Origin: an uncultured delta proteobacterium
GTDB taxonomy: Bacteria; Myxococcota_A; UBA9160; SZUA-336
Direction: 5' to 3'
Assembly: GCA_963704165.1 (NCBI GenBank)
Contig: CAVPHD010000003.1
Location: 352,001-416,000 of the forward strand
DNA: 64,000 nt
Part shown: in pieces, positions 1-9,625 of the stretch
Layout: every line of letters starts with the position of its first letter
Numbering within the stretch: the stretch's first letter is position 1
Made by a program: the position numbers and the translations under genes
The notes under the pieces: model-generated
What the model saw: only the letters and a program-made list of their open reading frames with translations
Databases searched by the model: none
Told to the model about the DNA's origin: nothing

Positions 1-807
1 ATCTCCTGGCCCAAGACGCGTTGGCATCCCGACGAGGTCGCGCTCTCCGAGGGGCTGCCCGAGTCGCTTCGCGAGCTGGAGAAGGCCGCGAGCCGCGCCG
101 GACGCAAGCTCGCGCTTCGGCTCTTCCAACGCCCGGCTCGGGGGCCGAGCGGGGGCGTCGAGCTGATCTGCGCCGAATTCCCGCGCGCGCGGACCGCGTT
201 CGTCCCGGACCTGCCGGTCGAGCGCTGCGCCGAATCGATCACCGCATTCCTCGACGGGAGCGAGATCGGGAAGCCGCTCGAGCGCCCGCTCCTGCTCGTC
301 TGTACCGATGGCAAACACGATCTCTGCTGCGGAAAGCTCGGCCGGGGGATCGTCTCGGCGCTGCGCTCGGATGCGCGCGTGGACGTCGCCGAGGTCAGTC
401 ACCTCGGCGGCCACCGGCTCGCCGCGAACTGCCTCGCGCTGCCGTCCGGAGAGCTCTACGGTCGCCTCACCGTCGCGGACGCGAAGCCGCTGGCCGATTC
501 GGTCCGACACGGTCACGTGTATCTTCCCCGCTACCGCGGGCGAACGGGAACGGACGAGCCCGCCCAGGTCGCCGAGGCGGCGGCGCTCGCGCGCTTCCCC
601 CAGGCGACCGAGATCCGGGTCTTTGCGCCCGTGTGCGAGGGCGACGCCCGCATCGTGCCGGTCGAGCTGCGCGGCTTCGACGGGCCGCGCCGTCTCGCGG
701 TACGATGCGTCGCGCGCGAGTTCGAGGTGATCGGCTCCTGCGGCGACACCCGCGCCGAGAAGCGCGCGCGTTGGGTCGCCGCGAGCGTGCAAGAGGAGAA
801 GCCGTGA
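1..807 (+). CDS. Sucrase/ferredoxin-like family protein (5' truncated by window)
   Basis: Frame 1 is open from base 1 and reads LLVCTDGKHDLCCGKLG ... EVSHLGGHRLAANCLALPSGELYGRL, the Cys/His motifs of this family. Its stop overlaps the next ATG (TGATG). Confidence 0.85.
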   Translation: MSWPKTRWHPDEVALSEGLPESLRELEKAASRAGRKLALRLFQRPARGPSGGVELICAEFPRARTAFVPDLPVERCAESITAFLDGSEIGKPLERPLLLVCTDGKHDLCCGKLGRGIVSALRSDARVDVAEVSHLGGHRLAANCLALPSGELYGRLTVADAKPLADSVRHGHVYLPRYRGRTGTDEPAQVAEAAALARFPQATEIRVFAPVCEGDARIVPVELRGFDGPRRLAVRCVAREFEVIGSCGDTRAEKRARWVAASVQEEKP

Positions 808-2027
808 TGGAAATCGTCCGTCCCGAGGAAGTCGGGCTGTCGTCGGAGCGCCTCGCGCGCATCGAGCGGCATCTCGAGCGTCGCTACCTGGACCAGAAGA
901 AGATCGCCGGCGCACTGACGCTGGTCGCGCGCCGCGGCCGGGTCGCGCACCTCTCGCCCGTCGGCATGATGGACCTCGAGCGCGGCAAGCCGATGCGGGA
1001 GGACACGATCTTCCGCATCTACTCGATGAGCAAGCCGATCACCTCCGTCGCGCTGATGACGCTGTACGAGCACGGGCACTTCTCGCTCGACGACGCGGTG
1101 CACAAGTACATTCCCGCATTCCGCGACCTGCGCGTCTACGACGGTGGCAACCATCCGCTATTCGCGACGCGGCCGGTCGAGCGAGCGATGACGATTCGCG
1201 ATCTGCTGACGCACACGTCCGGGCTGACCTACGGATTCATGGAACGCACGAACGTCGATCGCGCGTACCGGCGGCTCGGCATCGGCGACCGCGACGTGAC
1301 GCTCGCCGAGACGGTGGAGAAGCTCGGCCGGCTGCCGCTCGAGTTCTCGCCCGGCACGCGCTGGAACTACTCGGTCTCGACCGACGTGATCGGCCACCTG
1401 ATCGAACGGATCTCGGGCAAGCGGCTCGATGCGTTCCTGCGCGACGAGATCTTCACGCCGCTCGGCATGAACGACACGGGATTCCACGTTCCGTCCGGAA
1501 AGCTCGATCGCCTCGCGACGAACTACCGGCGCCTCGCGGACAAGAGCGTGCAGATCGAGGACGACGCGGCCGCGAGCGCCTACGCTGCGGAGCCCGCCTA
1601 TCTTTCCGGCGGCGGGGGCCTCGTCTCGACGGCGAGCGACTACCTGCGCTTCTGCCAGATGCTCCTCGACGAGGGTGAATTCGGCGGCCGGCGAATCCTC
1701 GGGCGCAAGACCATCGAGCTGATGACCGAGAACCATCTGCCCGGCGGGCGCGACATCGCCGAGCTCGACCTCGGCGGGCAATTCAGCCAGGTGACCTACG
1801 ATGGTGTCGGCTTCGGGCTCGGCTTCTCCGTCACGCTCGACCTCGCGCGCGCGCAGACCATCGGCTCCCCCGGAGAATATGCCTGGGGTGGCGCCGCGAG
1901 CACCGCGTTCTGGATCGACCCGGCCGAGGAGCTGATCGTGATCTTCATGACCCAGTTCATGCCGTCGGGAACCTTCAACTTCCGCGGTCAGCTGAAGTCG
2001 ATCATCTACCCCGCGATCACCGACTGA
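807..2027 (+). CDS. Serine hydrolase, beta-lactamase class C/esterase family
   Basis: FRIYSMSKP (SxxK), LLTHTSG, PGTRWNYS, YAWGGAAST. Real start MEIVRPEE at 807. Confidence 0.92.
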   Translation: MEIVRPEEVGLSSERLARIERHLERRYLDQKKIAGALTLVARRGRVAHLSPVGMMDLERGKPMREDTIFRIYSMSKPITSVALMTLYEHGHFSLDDAVHKYIPAFRDLRVYDGGNHPLFATRPVERAMTIRDLLTHTSGLTYGFMERTNVDRAYRRLGIGDRDVTLAETVEKLGRLPLEFSPGTRWNYSVSTDVIGHLIERISGKRLDAFLRDEIFTPLGMNDTGFHVPSGKLDRLATNYRRLADKSVQIEDDAAASAYAAEPAYLSGGGGLVSTASDYLRFCQMLLDEGEFGGRRILGRKTIELMTENHLPGGRDIAELDLGGQFSQVTYDGVGFGLGFSVTLDLARAQTIGSPGEYAWGGAASTAFWIDPAEELIVIFMTQFMPSGTFNFRGQLKSIIYPAITD

Positions 2028-2045
2028 TCGCCGCTGCCGGACCTC

Positions 2046-3161
2046 TCAGCGTCCGAGCTCCGCGCGCAGCTTGAGCCGCTGCAGGTACGCGTCGCGCACG
2101 AGCTGCGTGTCGCGGACGAAGTGATCGAGGTCCGAGATCGTCAGCGCCTGCGGACCGTCACAGAGCGCTTCCTCGGGTCGAGGGTGGAAGTCGACGAGCA
2201 CCAGGTTCGCGCCGACGATCAGGCCCTGCGCGGTGGCGTGGTGGATGTCGAGCAGTCCGTCGGGCGCGACGAGCTTCTTGCCGACCGAGTGCGACGGATC
2301 GATGCAGACGGGCATGCGCGTGAGGCGCTTCACGACCGGCACCATCGCGAAGTCGACGAAGTTCCGGTGCGGATCGCCGAGGTTCGTCTTCATGCCGCGC
2401 AGACCGAACACGATCTTGTGATTTCCGCCGCTCGCCACGTACTCCACGGCGTTCAGCGACTCCTCGAGCGTGATGCCCATGCCGCGCTTGAAGAGCACCG
2501 GGAACTCCTGCTGCACGCCGACGGACTTCAGGAGCTCGAAATTCTGCGCGTTGCGGGTGCCGATCTGCAGCATCACCCCGGTCGGCTGACCGGAGATCTG
2601 AAGCGCGCGGCGGATCTCGTCGATCTGCGGCTCGGCGGTGATCTCCATCGAGATCACGCGGATCCCGTACTTGCCCGCGAGCTCGAAGACGAACGGCAGA
2701 CACGCGGCCCCGTGACCCTGGAAATCGTAGGGGCTCGTGCGCGGCTTGTACGCGCCGGCGCGCGTGGTCTGGATGCCCGCCGCTCTCAGCGCGCGGAAGG
2801 TGTCTTCGAGATTCTGGCGCGTGTCGACCGCGCACACTCCCGGGAAGAGGTGGAAGCTGTCCTGGCTGAAGTGGATGCCGTTGTACTCGAATCCGACCGA
2901 CTCGGACTGACCCTCGTGGCGTCCGATCGTCCGGTAGCGCTCGCGGATCCGGATCACCTTCTCGACCGCGGCGATCTCCTCGAACGCCTCGGACGAGATC
3001 GACGTGGTGGGGCCGAGCAGATAGATCTCGGTCAGGGTGCGCGTCGCGCCCTCGATCACGTGCAGCTCGGTGTGGATGTCGGGGAAGCGCTCCGCCGTGC
3101 GGATGACCTGCCGGGTCTCGGGGGAGTCGGGGCCGAACTCGGCCTTCATCACGATGATCAT
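2046..3161 (-). CDS. aroF: 3-deoxy-7-phosphoheptulonate (DAHP) synthase, class I-beta, with N-terminal regulatory domain
   Basis: RAGAYKPRTSPYDFQG, QIGTRNAQNFELL, PVLFKRG, IDPSHS, EALCDGPQ. Confidence 0.88.
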   Translation of the reverse strand: MIIVMKAEFGPDSPETRQVIRTAERFPDIHTELHVIEGATRTLTEIYLLGPTTSISSEAFEEIAAVEKVIRIRERYRTIGRHEGQSESVGFEYNGIHFSQDSFHLFPGVCAVDTRQNLEDTFRALRAAGIQTTRAGAYKPRTSPYDFQGHGAACLPFVFELAGKYGIRVISMEITAEPQIDEIRRALQISGQPTGVMLQIGTRNAQNFELLKSVGVQQEFPVLFKRGMGITLEESLNAVEYVASGGNHKIVFGLRGMKTNLGDPHRNFVDFAMVPVVKRLTRMPVCIDPSHSVGKKLVAPDGLLDIHHATAQGLIVGANLVLVDFHPRPEEALCDGPQALTISDLDHFVRDTQLVRDAYLQRLKLRAELGR

Positions 3162-3218
3162 GGGGCGCCCATCTTACTGTGATAACGTGCGCGCTCGCTA
3201 GCCGGGGGCCGAAACGCC

Positions 3219-5270
3219 ATGCAGAGACGCCGCGCCGGACCCCTCGCGCTCGCCGCGCTGGCCCTGGCATTGACGGCCGCGGACTCGGCGGACGATCTGC
3301 GCGATCTCGAGGTCGAGTCCCCGCGCGCGCCCACCCGGCTGCTCGAGGTGCCACTCGCGATCTCCGTCGTCAGCTCGGAGGAGATCTCCCGCGCGAATCC
3401 CGCGACCTCGATCGAGTCGGCCTTCGACCTGGTCCCGGGAACCTTCTCCCAGGGCGGCACGAACTTCGCGCAGGACGCGCGCGTTTCGATCCGCGGCTTC
3501 GGCTCGACGGCGCAGTTCGGAATCCGCGGCGTGCACATGTACGTCGACGGCGTGCCGTCGACGCTCCCCGACGGACAGACCGAGGTGGACTCCCTCGAGA
3601 TGGACTTCGTCGATCGGATGGAGATCCTGCGCGGTCCGATCTCGTCGCTCTACGGCGGCGGCGGCGGCGGAATCATCTCGGTCGAGACGTTCGCACCGAC
3701 GAAGGAGCCGGTCGTCCGCGCGCGCGCGTCGTGGGGGAGCTACAACGCGCAGCGCTACAGCGCGCTGACCACCGGGACGGCCGCGAGCACCGGCTACGTT
3801 CTCGGCATCTCGAGCACGCACACCGACGGCTACCGCGATCACTCGAAAGCGGAGCAGTGGAACCTGCTCGCGAAGCTCGAGCGGGAGCTCTCCGACGGCA
3901 CGGTCCTCGGTCTCAACTTCTCGAACGTCAGCGCCCCCGTGGGCGACGAGCCCGGCGCGCTGACCGAGGCGCAGGTCGGCGCGGATCGGCGCCAGGCTCA
4001 ACCGGCGGCGCTGAGCTTCGACGCGCGCGAGAAGCTCGACCAGCAGAAGCTCGCGCTGACGTTGCGAAGACCCTTCGGCGAGGGGCGCCAGCTCCGCGCG
4101 GTGGCCTGGGGTCTGCAGCGCGATTTCGCGAACGCCCTCCCCTTCAACCGGCGCGTCGATCTCGACCGCAAGGCCTTCGGTGGATCGATCGTCTTCGACG
4201 ACGCGTCGGGCTTCGTGCACTGGACCGGCGGTTTCGACGTGGATCTTCAGCGCGATCAACGCGTGAACTTCGAGAACATCGGCGGCGCGCGCGGTGACGT
4301 GACCTTCGACCAGTCCGAGAACGTGACGGCGCTCGCGCCCTGGCTCTCGGCCGAGAAACGCTTCGCGAACGGCTTCGGCGTCGTTTCCGGCGTGCGCTGG
4401 GACTGGACGCACCTCGACTTCGGAGATCGCTTCGTGAATGCGGACTCCGGCGACGGATCGGACGACAAGACGTTCCGCGATCTCTCGCCACGCTTCGGCG
4501 TCTTCTGGCGTCACTCCGACGCGCTGCTCGCCTACGCGAACTACGATTCCGCGTTCCAGGTGCCGACGACGACCGAGCTGCAGACCCCGAGCCCCGACGG
4601 GGGCTTCCAGAACGATTTCGACGCGGAGAAGACCACCGGCTTCGAAGTCGGCGCGAAGGGCCTGCTCTTCGATCGCCTGTACTACGACGTGGCTCTCTTC
4701 GCGCTGCGGGTGCGACACGTGGCGGTCCCCTACGAGAATGCCGCGGGAGTCACTTACTTCCGGGACGCCGGCGAGTCCCGTCGCCGCGGGCTCGAGCTCG
4801 CGCTCTCGGCCTGGCTCGCGCCCGGACTTTCGACGCGCGGCAGCTACACCTACGCGAGCTACCGCTACCACGACTTCGACGCCGTCGATCTCGGATCCGG
4901 AGACGTCGTCTCTCGAGACGGGAACCTGGAGCCGAACGCGCCGGTCAACGTGCTCGGGCTCGAGCTGCGCTACGAGCATCCCTCGGGTTTCTTCGCGATC
5001 TCGAGCCTGCGCTACTTCTCGCGGCTCTGGGTCGACGACGCGAACAGCGCGTCCGCGCCCGCCGCGACGACCTCGAATCTGCGTCTGGGATGGGACATCC
5101 GCGGCGGCGACTTCGTCATCCAGCCCTTCGTCGGCGCGCAGAACTGGACCGGCACGAAATTCGACGACCGCATCCGGCCCAACGCGACGTTCGGCCGCTA
5201 CTACGAGCCCGCCCCGCGCGCGACGATCTACGGGGGCGTCGAGCTCCGGTACGCGGGCGTCCGCCGCTAG
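3219..5270 (+). CDS. TonB-dependent receptor, YncD/PqqU-like
   Basis: Signal peptide; plug motif IRGFGSTAQFGIRG..YVDGVPSTLPDGQ; EILRGPISSLYG; C-terminal RYYEPAPR..YGGVELRY. Confidence 0.9.
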   Translation: MQRRRAGPLALAALALALTAADSADDLRDLEVESPRAPTRLLEVPLAISVVSSEEISRANPATSIESAFDLVPGTFSQGGTNFAQDARVSIRGFGSTAQFGIRGVHMYVDGVPSTLPDGQTEVDSLEMDFVDRMEILRGPISSLYGGGGGGIISVETFAPTKEPVVRARASWGSYNAQRYSALTTGTAASTGYVLGISSTHTDGYRDHSKAEQWNLLAKLERELSDGTVLGLNFSNVSAPVGDEPGALTEAQVGADRRQAQPAALSFDAREKLDQQKLALTLRRPFGEGRQLRAVAWGLQRDFANALPFNRRVDLDRKAFGGSIVFDDASGFVHWTGGFDVDLQRDQRVNFENIGGARGDVTFDQSENVTALAPWLSAEKRFANGFGVVSGVRWDWTHLDFGDRFVNADSGDGSDDKTFRDLSPRFGVFWRHSDALLAYANYDSAFQVPTTTELQTPSPDGGFQNDFDAEKTTGFEVGAKGLLFDRLYYDVALFALRVRHVAVPYENAAGVTYFRDAGESRRRGLELALSAWLAPGLSTRGSYTYASYRYHDFDAVDLGSGDVVSRDGNLEPNAPVNVLGLELRYEHPSGFFAISSLRYFSRLWVDDANSASAPAATTSNLRLGWDIRGGDFVIQPFVGAQNWTGTKFDDRIRPNATFGRYYEPAPRATIYGGVELRYAGVRR

Positions 5271-5292
5271 CCGGAGGACGTTCGGCCCGGCC

Positions 5293-6471
5293 TCAGATCA
5301 GCCCGCTGGCAGCGAGCCCGAGCCGCAGACGGCCGAAGAGCTCGGCCGCCGAGTCGAGATCGAAGATCGTGTGCGACGCACCCGTGTGTACGTCGCGCAG
5401 GAATCGCTGCAGCGGATTCGCCGAGAGCTGGGCACTGGCGCCGCTCGCCTCCGCGACATCGGCCACGATGCCGCGCGCATCCGCGACGATGTGGGCGATC
5501 TCGAGCCGGAGCCGCGCCCGCTCGACGGGGGGACACGGGTCGCCCTTCTCGGCCCAGCGCACGATCGCGTGGCCGACCGTTCGCAGGCGGTCCTCCGTCG
5601 CACGCGCGCGCGTGACGAGGTGCGCGAGCCGGATCTGCGCCGCCGGTTTATCCGCCTGGCGCGTCGTCGAGCCGAACATCCTGCGTTCGCCAAGCCTCGA
5701 TTCGAAGAGCGCGGTCGCTCCCCGCGCGGCGCCGACGAGCGGCGCCGCCGCGGTCAGCGCCAGGAACGGGACCATCGCGTAGCGGTAGGTCGCCGAGTCG
5801 AGCCACTTCGCACCCTCGCTCTCGCCCGAGCCGATCGGCGCCAGGGACTGACTCAGGTGCGAAGGCACGAAGACGCGATCCGCGACGATGTCGTTGCTGC
5901 CCGTCGCACACAGGCCCGAGGCGTACCAGGTGTCGATCACTTCGACGTTGCCGCGCGGGGTCACGAAGAGACGACCCTCGGGCGGGCCGTCGGCCGAAAC
6001 GACGATCCCGCTCAGCATCACCCAATCCGCGTGCACGATTCCCGTGCCCCACGACCAGCGTCCGGTGAGTTCGTGACCGCCGGCGACCGGAGTCGCGCGC
6101 CCGTTCGGGCTGATCGCTCCCGGCGCGAGCACGAACGGCTGCGCACCGAAGATCTCGCGCTGCGCCTCGGGCGCGAAGTGCCCGAGCAGCCAGTTGTGCT
6201 CGGCGTAGAAGGTGGTGATCCAGCCGGTGGACGTGCACGCCGACCCGACGTCCACGCCAACGTCGATGAACGTGTCGATGTCGATCTCGTACCCGCCGAA
6301 CCGGCGCGGCACGTAGGCGCGGAACACGCCGGTGCGCGCGAGCGCTTCCATCACCCGGTCATCGACCTTGCGCGCCTGTTCGGCCGCCGTCGCCGACGCT
6401 GCGATCTCCGGCAAGAGCGCGCGCACGCGCAGGGCCAAGCCCTCGGCCGGGGGTTCGGACACGTCGGCCAT
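5293..6471 (-). CDS. Flavin-dependent monooxygenase, acyl-CoA dehydrogenase fold (HsaA-like)
   Basis: VPRRFGGYE, GRWSWGTG..HADW, DTWYASGLCATGSNDI, PLQRFLRDVH. Confidence 0.88.
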   Translation of the reverse strand: MADVSEPPAEGLALRVRALLPEIAASATAAEQARKVDDRVMEALARTGVFRAYVPRRFGGYEIDIDTFIDVGVDVGSACTSTGWITTFYAEHNWLLGHFAPEAQREIFGAQPFVLAPGAISPNGRATPVAGGHELTGRWSWGTGIVHADWVMLSGIVVSADGPPEGRLFVTPRGNVEVIDTWYASGLCATGSNDIVADRVFVPSHLSQSLAPIGSGESEGAKWLDSATYRYAMVPFLALTAAAPLVGAARGATALFESRLGERRMFGSTTRQADKPAAQIRLAHLVTRARATEDRLRTVGHAIVRWAEKGDPCPPVERARLRLEIAHIVADARGIVADVAEASGASAQLSANPLQRFLRDVHTGASHTIFDLDSAAELFGRLRLGLAASGLI

Positions 6472-6516
6472 CGAGAATCCCTCCGCCTTCACTTTACACG
6501 AGCGGCGGGATGCGTC

Positions 6517-7074
6517 TCACGGCCGACAATGGGGCGGTAGCAGCGAGGCATCGAGCGATCGCGCGACGAGGTCCCGGGTCGCGGGATCACAGTGCATTCC
6601 GTCGACGACGTGCGGCGCGAACGCGGCCCCGCCGACGGCGTGCTCGAGGCCGATCGCGAGTCCACCGATCGCGACGCTCCCGAGCGCGAAGCCACCGAAG
6701 GAGAGACCCAGTCCCGCTGCCACGCCTCCGACCGCGGCAACGATGCCGATCGATACGCCGCCCAAGCTGACGAGCCCGAGCGTCACGCCGCCGATCGCGA
6801 GTCCACCGACGGCGATGCCGCCGATCGCGATCACACCGCACGCGACCCGCGGGCGAAGCGTGGCCGCATCGTTGCCGAGACAGACGTGGACGAGCGGCCA
6901 GGAGCCGATCCGCGCGCGGCTCTTCCACTCGAAGCCGATCACGCCGCCGCGCTCACCGCACGCGACGCATACCAGCCGCGGTTGCTCGATCCTCACGCAC
7001 TCACGGCAGAGCGCGCGCTGACAGAGCGCGCAGATGCCGATGGCCGTCTGACGATCGTGCACATAGCAGTTCAT
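6517..7074 (-). CDS. Hypothetical membrane protein: N-terminal B-box-like Zn finger plus Gly-rich hydrophobic repeat domain
   Basis: CYVH..CALCQRALCREC..CVAC, then EWKS..IGSWPLVH and repeated (A/S)xGG hydrophobic units. Confidence 0.7.
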   Translation of the reverse strand: MNCYVHDRQTAIGICALCQRALCRECVRIEQPRLVCVACGERGGVIGFEWKSRARIGSWPLVHVCLGNDAATLRPRVACGVIAIGGIAVGGLAIGGVTLGLVSLGGVSIGIVAAVGGVAAGLGLSFGGFALGSVAIGGLAIGLEHAVGGAAFAPHVVDGMHCDPATRDLVARSLDASLLPPHCRP

Positions 7075-7147
7075 CCGGAACTCATCGGCGGCGCGGGCCC
7101 GGAACTCGCGCCGAAGAGGACGCACGGAGCCGCCGGCGATCCTCCGC

Positions 7148-9520
7148 TCAGAGCGGGAACTCGCAGCGGTTCGCGACGCAGGTGAAGCCGGGCGGATAGC
7201 CCAGCGTCGCGCAGTTCTGCTGCGTGGTGCACTCGATCACGCAGATCGAGTCGCGGCACACGCGCCCCTGCTGGTAGCAGGCCTCCGCCTCGGGCTCCGA
7301 GCAGAAGCTGTCGTAGCAGCGCGCGCCCCCGATCGCGTCGTGGTAGCAGTACGCCTCGGAATCGTTGAACAGACGCTCACAGTCTGCGAGACAGACCCAG
7401 CTCGGGATCGGAGTCACGTAGCAGTGACCGGTTCCACCCCCGCCGAACGTGTCGTCGCCGTAGCACTCACCCTTGTCGCAGGGCCGCCCACCGTCGCACT
7501 CGCAGCCGGGTCCGCGGAACTCGTCGCAGTCGATGCACACACCGACCGTGCTGCTGGCGTTGAACTTGGTCTTGGCGCAGGAGAGCATGCTGTCGTCGTC
7601 GGGACAGTACGTGTCGATCAGGTAGTCGCCGTCGGGATCGGAACCCTCTCCGAATCCGGTCGTGTCCGCGCACTGACAGCCCTCGAGACCCGGCTGTCCG
7701 CAGTTCGGTGGTTGCGGCGTGGGCTGCGCCGGCGCGGGCCAGCTCCACATGATCCGCCTGTGCACGAGATCGCCGATCGTCGTGACGAAGTAGGCCCACG
7801 TGTCGTTGTTGCCGAACGCCTTCTCGCGGTGCTTGCAGTTCCCCTGCTGCAGATTCAGGTACGTCGCGAGCTCGTCGACGTTCGTCCGGCCGTAGAACTT
7901 CTTGGTCTCGGGGGTCGAGACGCAGGCGTTTCCGTGTGCGTGGAAGTGCGTGTCCGCGATCCCGCGATACAGGTTCGCGCCGTCCTTCGTGAAGTCGACG
8001 GAGCGATGGTGCATCAGCTCGTGGCTCACCGTGTGCGCTCGGGGCCAGTAGGTCAGCGGATTTCCATCGCCGTCCTCGAGCGCAAAGAACGGATCGCAGA
8101 GCGCGACGTCGCTCTTGACGATGTTGTGAGCGCTGGCGGCGGAGGTGAAGCAGACGTTGCCGGGGTCGGAGCCCTGGTCCGGGCAGTAGAGATCGATCGT
8201 CAGGCCGTTCGATTCGAGCGTCGTCATCATGTCCCAGAGCTTCCCCATGCCGTCCCGAATCGCCTCGAAGCGGTAGTCGGCGTAGTGGCCGAACCAGTAC
8301 TCGGGACTCGATTGCTCCGTGGTCGCGAGTCCGTTCTGCTTCAGGCCGGGTTGGCCCCAGATGAAGCTCCGGTAGTAGCTGTCCTGACTGGCGGCGTATT
8401 CGATCATCTGCCGCGCGCGCCAGGCGTTGTTGTGCGCGGAGAGCCAGCCGGTCAGGGCCAGCACGCAGCGAGCGGCGCTGCAGTCGGAGATCTCGGGGAA
8501 GTGGACCGCGGGCATTCCCGCCGCGATCGGGTGCGACTTGGTGTATTCGACGAACGCGATCTCGTCGCACGTCGTCGGTAGGTAGCCGAGCCCCATCCCG
8601 CCCTGCTGATCGAGCGGCGTGCCGCTTGCGGCATCGATCAACGTGACCGTCTCGACGCTGAAGAGCGGCGCGCCCGAGCCCGGGTCCGGAGCGATCTGGA
8701 ACGTCTTCGTCAGCCGCAGATCCTCGAGCGCGGAGGTCGGCGCCTCGAGCGTCACGTCGGGCGGCGGACCCGTCGGTCCCGCGGGCGGCGCATCGGAGGC
8801 CAGGATACGGACGAGGTACGGGCCGAGGAACACGTCCGCCCAGCGGCCCTCCGCCGTCACCACGATCGCGTCGTCGAACGGATGGACGATCTCCGCGTGG
8901 CTCGTCGTCGGCGTGCTCGCGTCGACGAAGTCGAAGCGAGCCCCGGAATTCGCGAGCGTCCCCCCGATCGCGGGCCGACGCGGACCCGGCCCCGGATCCT
9001 GCGCGAAGTCGTCGGTGCCGTAGACCAGCGGATCGTCGGGCGAGTAGCCGGGCGTCGGGGGATCGGGAAAGTGAGTCGTCGGTTCCTCCGCATCGTCCGG
9101 AGGAAGCACGCTCGGAAGCGGCCGCTGCGCGCAGCGCAGATCGCGCTTGGCGAGGTCGGCCGCGAGGTAGCGCCGCAGCGGAGACACGTCGGCCCCGTCG
9201 CAGACCGCGTCATCGGTCACGTCGCAGAGCGGTCCGCAGCTGCCGAGCGCGGCGTTGCAGCGCGCGAGCGTCACCCAGTCGAGCAGCGTGATCCGGCCAT
9301 CGGATTGCGCGTCGCCGCACTCGCAGAGATCTCCGTCGCCGTCCCCGTCGGCGTCCGCCTGCAGCGGGTCGGGAACGCTCGGACAGACGTCGCCGACGTC
9401 CTCGATCCCATCGCCGTCGGCGTCGGGGAAGCCCGCACCCTGCCCCCACGCACCGTGGGCGCCGAGCACGATGCCGGCACAGATCACGCCGACACAGATC
9501 TGTGTGCTGCGGATTCCCAT
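7148..9520 (-). CDS. Large secreted multidomain protein: TSP3-like Ca-binding repeat, dockerin-like motif, M35/aspzincin-like metalloprotease domain, Cys-rich C-terminus
   Basis: Signal peptide; DADGDGIEDVGDVCP..QADADGDGDGDLC; YWFG; VALCDPFF; SHELMHH (HExxH); NNDTWAYF; very Cys-rich last ~190 aa. Confidence 0.7.
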   Translation of the reverse strand: MGIRSTQICVGVICAGIVLGAHGAWGQGAGFPDADGDGIEDVGDVCPSVPDPLQADADGDGDGDLCECGDAQSDGRITLLDWVTLARCNAALGSCGPLCDVTDDAVCDGADVSPLRRYLAADLAKRDLRCAQRPLPSVLPPDDAEEPTTHFPDPPTPGYSPDDPLVYGTDDFAQDPGPGPRRPAIGGTLANSGARFDFVDASTPTTSHAEIVHPFDDAIVVTAEGRWADVFLGPYLVRILASDAPPAGPTGPPPDVTLEAPTSALEDLRLTKTFQIAPDPGSGAPLFSVETVTLIDAASGTPLDQQGGMGLGYLPTTCDEIAFVEYTKSHPIAAGMPAVHFPEISDCSAARCVLALTGWLSAHNNAWRARQMIEYAASQDSYYRSFIWGQPGLKQNGLATTEQSSPEYWFGHYADYRFEAIRDGMGKLWDMMTTLESNGLTIDLYCPDQGSDPGNVCFTSAASAHNIVKSDVALCDPFFALEDGDGNPLTYWPRAHTVSHELMHHRSVDFTKDGANLYRGIADTHFHAHGNACVSTPETKKFYGRTNVDELATYLNLQQGNCKHREKAFGNNDTWAYFVTTIGDLVHRRIMWSWPAPAQPTPQPPNCGQPGLEGCQCADTTGFGEGSDPDGDYLIDTYCPDDDSMLSCAKTKFNASSTVGVCIDCDEFRGPGCECDGGRPCDKGECYGDDTFGGGGTGHCYVTPIPSWVCLADCERLFNDSEAYCYHDAIGGARCYDSFCSEPEAEACYQQGRVCRDSICVIECTTQQNCATLGYPPGFTCVANRCEFPL

Positions 9521-9625
9521 GCTCGAGCCGTCCCTGCGATCTTCACCCTAACAAGAATGACGTGCGATGGGGGCAAAAAATGACGGGGTCGCTCGAGTTC
9601 TCCCGTCGGATCGGAATCTCTGGCG

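Noticed and set aside
807..2027. Serine hydrolases (also 58537..59646) as beta-lactam resistance genes
   Set aside because: No signal peptides, and the motif pattern fits cytoplasmic family VIII esterase-like proteins.
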